Source of the DNA: Syntrophaceae bacterium UBA4054
GTDB taxonomy: Bacteria > Desulfobacterota > Syntrophia > Syntrophales > UBA4778
Assembly: GCA_002383495.1 (NCBI GenBank)
Contig: DFZO01000045.1
Span: 68,442-132,441 of the forward strand
DNA length: 64,000 nucleotides
Direction of reading: 5' to 3'
Part shown: in pieces, positions 59,022-64,000 of the stretch
Layout of the letters: each line of letters starts with the position of its first letter
Position numbering within the stretch: position 1 is the stretch's first letter
Made by a program: the position numbers and the translations under genes
Notes under the pieces: generated by a model
Databases searched by the model: none
What the model saw: only the letters and a program-made list of their open reading frames with translations
Told to the model about the DNA's origin: nothing

Positions 59022-59903
59022 CTAAGAAAGGTTCCATTCAGGCAGGGCCATAGGGATCAAACCTTTATCCCGCATAAGGATGTCGAGATGGGCGAGTCCG
59101 AGCGCGGACAGGTCGAGATCCATCTCTGTGATAGGGCTGATCTGATTGAGCGTCAGCAGGTATCTTTTGCATTGATCGCAGGTATAAACGGCTTCCTGTT
59201 TCTTATCCTCCACGAAAAAAAAGGTCATTCCCTTTTGACCCTCATGTTCGCAATAGGGACAGATGACCCTGCTGAAACGCCATTCATGTCCGCATTGGAA
59301 GCAGTGAAGCCAGCGCTGTCCGCTTTTTTCCATGATCATCGAGATCGACGGGAACGATCCGCAAATCGGGCAATAACCTTTCTCCCATTCGGATTCCCTC
59401 AAATAACCGGCAAGATTCCTTGCCCTTTTATGGAGTATGACCCACATGACGGTGCGAAAAAATAATCGAAAGGACAGGACCCGGATATTCAGTCTTGCGG
59501 ACCAGCCCTCTATGATTTTTTCTCCGTCATCGGCCGGTCCTTTAAAGTAATCGTATAGATCGATGGTCTTATTCTTGATACAGCCCTGCAATGTATCCAG
59601 GTCGTCCTGAAGATCGGGGAAGCCCTGCTTAAAGGCCGGGATCAGGGAAAGGGCGATATCTTCCCATGGGTCTTCAGAATGAAACAATGCCGCCTGCTTG
59701 ATCAGGGGAACACCGCTCTTCAATCGCGTCCCGTCCATCCCACCCGGATCCCCCGGGCTTAAGTCCAAGGTTTCGACCAGGCGATTTCTCTCGACCATAA
59801 CGGGTCGGAAGGCATTTATGATTTCTTTGCTATGGGGGTTTTTTCCAATGATACGATCTATCATCATTTCCAATGTTTTTAGCCTGTCATCCGCTCGATG
59901 CAT
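59022..59903 (-). CDS. fdhE: Formate dehydrogenase accessory protein FdhE
   Basis: Four CxxC pairs (CPICGS, CFQCGH, CPYCEH, CDQCKR). Start chosen at MHRADD (ATG 59903) with GAGAGAGG 8 nt upstream. The ORF track starts at 59996, inside the divergent promoter region. Confidence 0.75.
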   Translation of the reverse strand: MHRADDRLKTLEMMIDRIIGKNPHSKEIINAFRPVMVERNRLVETLDLSPGDPGGMDGTRLKSGVPLIKQAALFHSEDPWEDIALSLIPAFKQGFPDLQDDLDTLQGCIKNKTIDLYDYFKGPADDGEKIIEGWSARLNIRVLSFRLFFRTVMWVILHKRARNLAGYLRESEWEKGYCPICGSFPSISMIMEKSGQRWLHCFQCGHEWRFSRVICPYCEHEGQKGMTFFFVEDKKQEAVYTCDQCKRYLLTLNQISPITEMDLDLSALGLAHLDILMRDKGLIPMALPEWNLS

Positions 59904-59962
59904 GCGTGATACCTCTCTCACCTGGCTATTGGCACATCCATAAAATTTAATTTCTTCCCGTA

Positions 59963-60012
59963 TTGACATCAGGGCCGTCCATGCGGTATAGAGCATTTCC
60001 TGACATATGTCA
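59963..60012 (+). promoter_or_regulatory. Candidate promoter for the cytoplasmic-type FDH gene plus the dyad TGACATATGTCA
   Basis: TTGACA (59963-59968), 18 nt spacer, TATAGA (59987-59992). The perfect 12-nt palindrome at 60001-60012 also supplies TTGACA for a minus-strand fdhE promoter. Confidence 0.4.
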
Positions 60013-60075
60013 ATATTGGCATAGGAAAGCTGCCCGACGGCTTTTTATCAATAAAGGTGCTGTAGAAAGGAGAAA

Positions 60076-62793
60076 TTGATGTCCAGCGGAACGTTTCTAT
60101 TAGACGGGAAGACCGTTTCTTTCAGACCTGGAGAATCCATTCTTGATGCCGCCCGCAAGAACGCGACAGATATCCCGACCCTTTGTTTTCTCAGGGGGAC
60201 GACGCCGACAGGCGCCTGCAGAATTTGCCTGGTTGAGGTGAAAGGAATGCGGACGCTTTCAGCCGCATGCTCCACGCCGGTCAGCCCCGGCATGGAGGTT
60301 TTGACGGACACCCCGAGGGTGCATGCGGCGCGAAAACTCAATGTGGAGCTTCTTCTTTCCTCGGGCCGGCATGACTGCCTGCTGTGCGAGTCCAGCGGCA
60401 ACTGCAAGCTTCAGGAACTGGCCTATCGCTATCAGATTGACGGCAGTCTTTTTAAGAAGCCCGACCAATTCTATCCGACAGAAGATGCCAATCCCTTGAT
60501 TGTCCGCGATTACAGCCGGTGTATCTTGTGCGGCCGGTGTGTTCAGGCGTGCAACGAACTGGTTGTCAATCGGGCCATCAGCCACGGCTATCGCGGAGCG
60601 AAAAGCAAGATTGTGACAGGCGGCGATGCCCCCTATCATCAGAGCGAATGCGTCTTCTGCGGCCAGTGCGTGGAGGTCTGCCCGACGGGAGCCCTGACGG
60701 AAAAAAAGGCCAAGGGAACGGCGCGCGCCTGGGAGACAAAGAAAATCCGCACAACCTGCCCGTACTGCGGTGTGGGCTGTCAGATGTGGCTTCACGTCAA
60801 GGATGACCGGATTGTGAAGGTAACGGCTGCTGAGGGCGCCGCCCCCAACAGAGGGCGCCTCTGCGTGAAGGGTCGATTCGGTTACGATTTCATTTACTCC
60901 GAAGAGCGATTGAAGACGCCGATGATCCGTGAAAACGGCCAATTGCGCGAGGCGTCCTGGGATGAAGCATTGGACCTGGTGGCGGCGAAACTCAAAGAAA
61001 CAATCGAGCGGCACGGTCCCGATGCGATTGCCGGCGTCAGCAGCGCCCGAAGCATCAATGAAGATTCCTATCAGATGCAGAAACTCTTTCGATCGGTGAT
61101 TGGAACCAACAATATTGATCACTGTGCCCGGACCTGACACGCCCCGACCGTCGCCGGTCTGGCGACGTCTTTTGGTTCCGGTGCCATGACCAACTCCTTT
61201 GCCGATTTCGCAGAGGCGAGAATGATTCTCGTCATCGGTTCGAACATGACGGAGGCACATCCGGTGGCGGCTTCCTTCGTGAAGCAGGCGGTGCTGAGAG
61301 GCGCCCAACTGTATGTCGTCGATCCCCGCCGAACGGCTCTGGCCGATATGGCGACGCTACATATCCCCATTCGGGTGGGAAGCGATGTGGCTTTTCTGAA
61401 CGGTCTCATGCACGTCCTGATCAGTGAGAACCTTTATGACAGGGAGTATGTCGAATCCCGCTGCACGGGATTTGAAAAACTCAAGGCGAAGGTTCAGGAA
61501 TACCCCCCCGAAAGGGCATCGGAAATCTGCGGAATCAGCGCGGATATGATCCGGGACGTTGCGAGACGGCTCGCGTCCGTCAAACCGGGAATGCTCGCGT
61601 ATACCCTTGGCATCACCGAGCACATCTGCGGCGTAAGCAATGTGCTGTCCTGCGCGAATCTTCAGATGCTCCTCGGGAATGTCGGCTTCGAATGCGGCGG
61701 CGTGAACCCGCTTCGCGGTCAGAACAACGTCCAGGGCGCCTGTGATATGGGAGCCCTTCCGAATGTCTTTCCCGGCTACCAGCGGGTGGACAATGCCGAT
61801 GCAAGGACGAAGTTTGAGAAGGCCTGGGGCGTAAAGAAACTGCCGGACAAGCCTGGATTGATGATTCCCCAGATGATCGAGGGTTTGACCAATGGAACGG
61901 TCAAGCTATTCTACATCTTCGGGGAAAACCTGGCCAACACCGAGCCGGATATCCGGCATGTGGAACACTGCCTGGAATCGGCAGAGTTTGTTGTCTGTCA
62001 CGACATCTTTCAAACGGAGACCACACGCTTTGCCCATGTCATCTTCCCCGCGGCCGCCTGGAGCGAAAACGATGGCACCTTCACCAGCAGCGAACGCCGC
62101 ATCAGCAGGGTGCGGACTGCGAGCCTTCCGCCGGGGGAGGCGAAACCCAACTGGTGGATATTCAAGGAAATTGCAAAGCGGATGGGCCATGAATGGTCGG
62201 CCAAAAGCGCCCGGGAGATCTGGGACAATGAAATCTCGCAACTGGCTCCCTCGATGGCCGGCGTCAAGTACGCCCGTCTCAGAGGCGACGGACTCCAATG
62301 GCCGGCGCCGAACGAAGAACATCCCGGCACGGCTACTCTTCACCGGGACCGCTTTACATCCGGCCTTGGCGCGCTGACCCCCGTGGACTGGATTCCGCCG
62401 GCGGAAGTCCCCGATGAGGACTATCCTTTGGTCCTCAGCACGGGACGCCGACTTTATCACTATCACACCCGGACCCAGACGGGTCGTTCCGCGGGTCTCA
62501 ATGACCTTCTGGGCGAGGAAACGGCTGACATATCTCCATCCGATGCAAAGGCGCTCAGCATAGGGCACGGCGAGATGATCGGGGTGAAGTCAAGGCGCGG
62601 CCAGGTGTTCGTAAAAGCCAATATAACGGATAGAATTCCTCAGGGGGTGGTCTGGATGGCGTTTCATTTCCGCGAGGCCTGCGCGAATTGGTTGACGAAT
62701 CCCGCCTTCGACCCCATTACGCTGACGGCTGAGTATAAGGCCTGTGCCGTAAGAATTGAGAAGGTGGGTGAAAAGACGGACCAACGAATTTAA
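60076..62793 (+). CDS. fdhA: Formate dehydrogenase alpha subunit with N-terminal 2Fe-2S/4Fe-4S domains, selenocysteine-containing
   Basis: Two frame-1 ORFs joined by TGA at 61135-61137. Context [29 protein letters not shown]. N-terminal ferredoxin-like Cys clusters and no signal peptide. 905 codons. Confidence 0.85.
61146..61169 (+). promoter_or_regulatory. SECIS-like hairpin
   Basis: GA(C)CGUCGCC-GGUCU-GGCGACGUC: a 9-bp stem with one 5'-side bulge and a GGUCU apical loop, starting 9 nt after UGA. The loop matches the E. coli fdhF SECIS as I recall it. Confidence 0.6.
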
Positions 62794-62837
62794 ATACGAT
62801 CCATACAACAGCTAAAGATGGCAAAGATGATGGGACA

Positions 62838-63188
62838 TTAATTTTTTGTCTTTCTCGGTTTTATCTTTTGCAAAGAAAATTGGGAACTGAATTTTTCCAT
62901 TAAGGCTTGTGTTTCGCTTTCCAGGGCCTTGAATCGCGTCAGGAGCTCTTTTGCTTCAGGCGTCAGATGCATTCCCTTTCCAAGGCCGTCACTCTCGACA
63001 AGTTTAATGCCCGCCCTGTCTTCGGATGCCTTCAGCCGGGCCCAGGCGGCCCGGTAGGACATCTGAAGTTTCTTGGCGGCAGCGTTCAGGCTGTGGCACT
63101 CTTCGATAGCCTTGAGAAGTTCCTCACGGCCCTTGCCAAAGACGACCTTGCCGTCTCGTTCCAGCCATATTTTGTGTTTGATTTTCAT
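62838..63188 (-). CDS. ModE N-terminal-domain-like winged-helix regulator (no Mop domains)
   Basis: SLNAAAKKLQMSYRAAWARLK is the ModE/LysR-type HTH pattern. Only 116 aa. Confidence 0.65.
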   Translation of the reverse strand: MKIKHKIWLERDGKVVFGKGREELLKAIEECHSLNAAAKKLQMSYRAAWARLKASEDRAGIKLVESDGLGKGMHLTPEAKELLTRFKALESETQALMEKFSSQFSLQKIKPRKTKN

Positions 63189-63362
63189 CCCTTAACTTGC
63201 CCGATATTTAAAATAAAATATGTTAAATTATCCCATAGCTTAAGAATAACATCAACAACTATTCTGACAAGTTAGTCTGTCGACGAAACCTTAAAGAACG
63301 CGTGTTATTGTGTACTGCCGGGTGGGGCGAAAAACAAAAAGTGCACCGCCGGGAAGCAAACC

Positions 63363-63380
63363 TATGTCATAAATGACATA
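63363..63380. promoter_or_regulatory. Perfect 18-nt palindrome TATGTCATAAATGACATA upstream of the third FDH promoter (candidate operator/activator site)
   Basis: Read directly. It lies ~25 nt upstream of TTGACA at 63405-63410. Confidence 0.45.
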
Positions 63381-63530
63381 ACATATGAAGATTATTAAAA
63401 AAACTTGACATGATTGTCTTTATAATATTATAGAAAAGCGCTATTTTTAGGTGTTATGAAAGGCTTCAAGTCTACCGTCACTTAACAATGGCACCGCAGG
63501 TTTTTTTGCGGAATATTGCCCCACCATTGA

Positions 63531-63628
63531 GCTTCTCCGATCCACTGCTTCTAAAGATTTATTCCATGAAGGGTGGACGATGGGTAGGATTGGAAACGGT
63601 CTTGCCTCCCGTGCTTGGAAAGGAGAGC
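63531..63628 (+). promoter_or_regulatory. Structured 5' leader element, tentatively Moco/Tuco-riboswitch-like
   Basis: GCUUCUCC (63531-63538) can pair with GGAGAGC (63622-63628), enclosing ~95 nt. CUCCGAUCC and GCCUCCCGUGCUUGGAAAGGAG resemble remembered conserved Moco-motif segments. Not verified. Confidence 0.25.
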
Positions 63629-63686
63629 AGGGGAAAATAATCTCTATATTTTCTTGTTTATCTCTTTTAGAAAGGAGCACGTTGTC

Positions 63687-64000
63687 ATGGATGTCACCAG
63701 AAGAGGTTTCCTGAAGATCTCCGGTGCAGCCCTGATGGCAGGCGGCGTCGGCATCAGTCTCAAGCCCGTCTCTGCCCAGGCCCAGCCGCTGAAGATCAAG
63801 TATACGAAAGAAACCACAACGGTTTGTCCCTACTGCTCCGTGGGATGCGGCATCATCGTCTCGACGCGGGACGGTAAGGTCGTCAACACGGAGGGCGATC
63901 CGGATCATCCCATCAGCCGCGGAAGCCTTTGCAGCAAAGGCGGAAATATCTACCAGATGGCGGTGAACAAGAACCGACTGGACAAGCCGCTTTATAGGGC
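63687..64000 (+). CDS. Third molybdopterin formate dehydrogenase alpha subunit, N-terminal part (runs off the window)
   Basis: AAAGGAG RBS, ATG at 63687, Tat signal MDVTRRGFLKISGAALMAGG, and the [4Fe-4S] motif CPYCSVGCG. Absent from the ORF track because there is no stop in the window. Confidence 0.8.
   Translation, partial: MDVTRRGFLKISGAALMAGGVGISLKPVSAQAQPLKIKYTKETTTVCPYCSVGCGIIVSTRDGKVVNTEGDPDHPISRGSLCSKGGNIYQMAVNKNRLDKPLYR

Noticed and set aside
60014-60032. Sigma54 promoter (TTGGCATAGGAAAGCTGC) upstream of fdhA
   Set aside because: The GG-to-GC spacing is 11 or 14 rather than the 12 required by the TGGCAC-N5-TTGC consensus. A similar TTGGCATA at 58580 lies on the wrong strand for fdnG.

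Overview
Densely coding, moderately GC-rich chromosomal segment. Gene content suggests an anaerobic, probably syntroph-like deltaproteobacterial lineage, but that is inference only. Most of the window is housekeeping: purL tail, pyrG, guaA, rarA, trpB2, suhB-like, rodZ-like, tatA, ssb, plsC, ftsK, rimO, ispB-like, nnr, cutA, lgt and trxB. The right half is a metal and redox block. It holds a tungsten-type aldehyde:ferredoxin oxidoreductase with an alcohol dehydrogenase and cofactor-maturation genes. It also holds a NikR-controlled Nik/Cbi ECF transporter divergent from larC-larE-larB, and a modABC operon. Three molybdopterin formate dehydrogenases are present. Two carry an in-frame TGA (selenocysteine) followed by a SECIS-like hairpin, which the ORF track splits into two ORFs each. 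Five observations are the most unusual. (1) A translationally coupled ABC-type ATPase plus a 195-aa stand-alone TOPRIM-like protein sit between cutA and nnr, a split OLD/PARIS/AbiL-like candidate defence module. (2) An operon of lysine 2,3-aminomutase, two Ddl-family ATP-grasp ligases and a GNAT has no described product. (3) A 26-codon leader peptide with three consecutive Trp codons plus terminator/antiterminator hairpins lies upstream of stand-alone trpB2. (4) A 1274-aa GlmS-like protein is paired with a GlmU-like hexapeptide-repeat protein. (5) Several families of short interspersed, hairpin-forming intergenic repeats occur, some abutting stop codons or supplying C-terminal tails. No rRNA, tRNA, CRISPR array, integrase or transposase was seen. 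All family assignments rest on motif recognition by eye and need HMM or BLAST confirmation.
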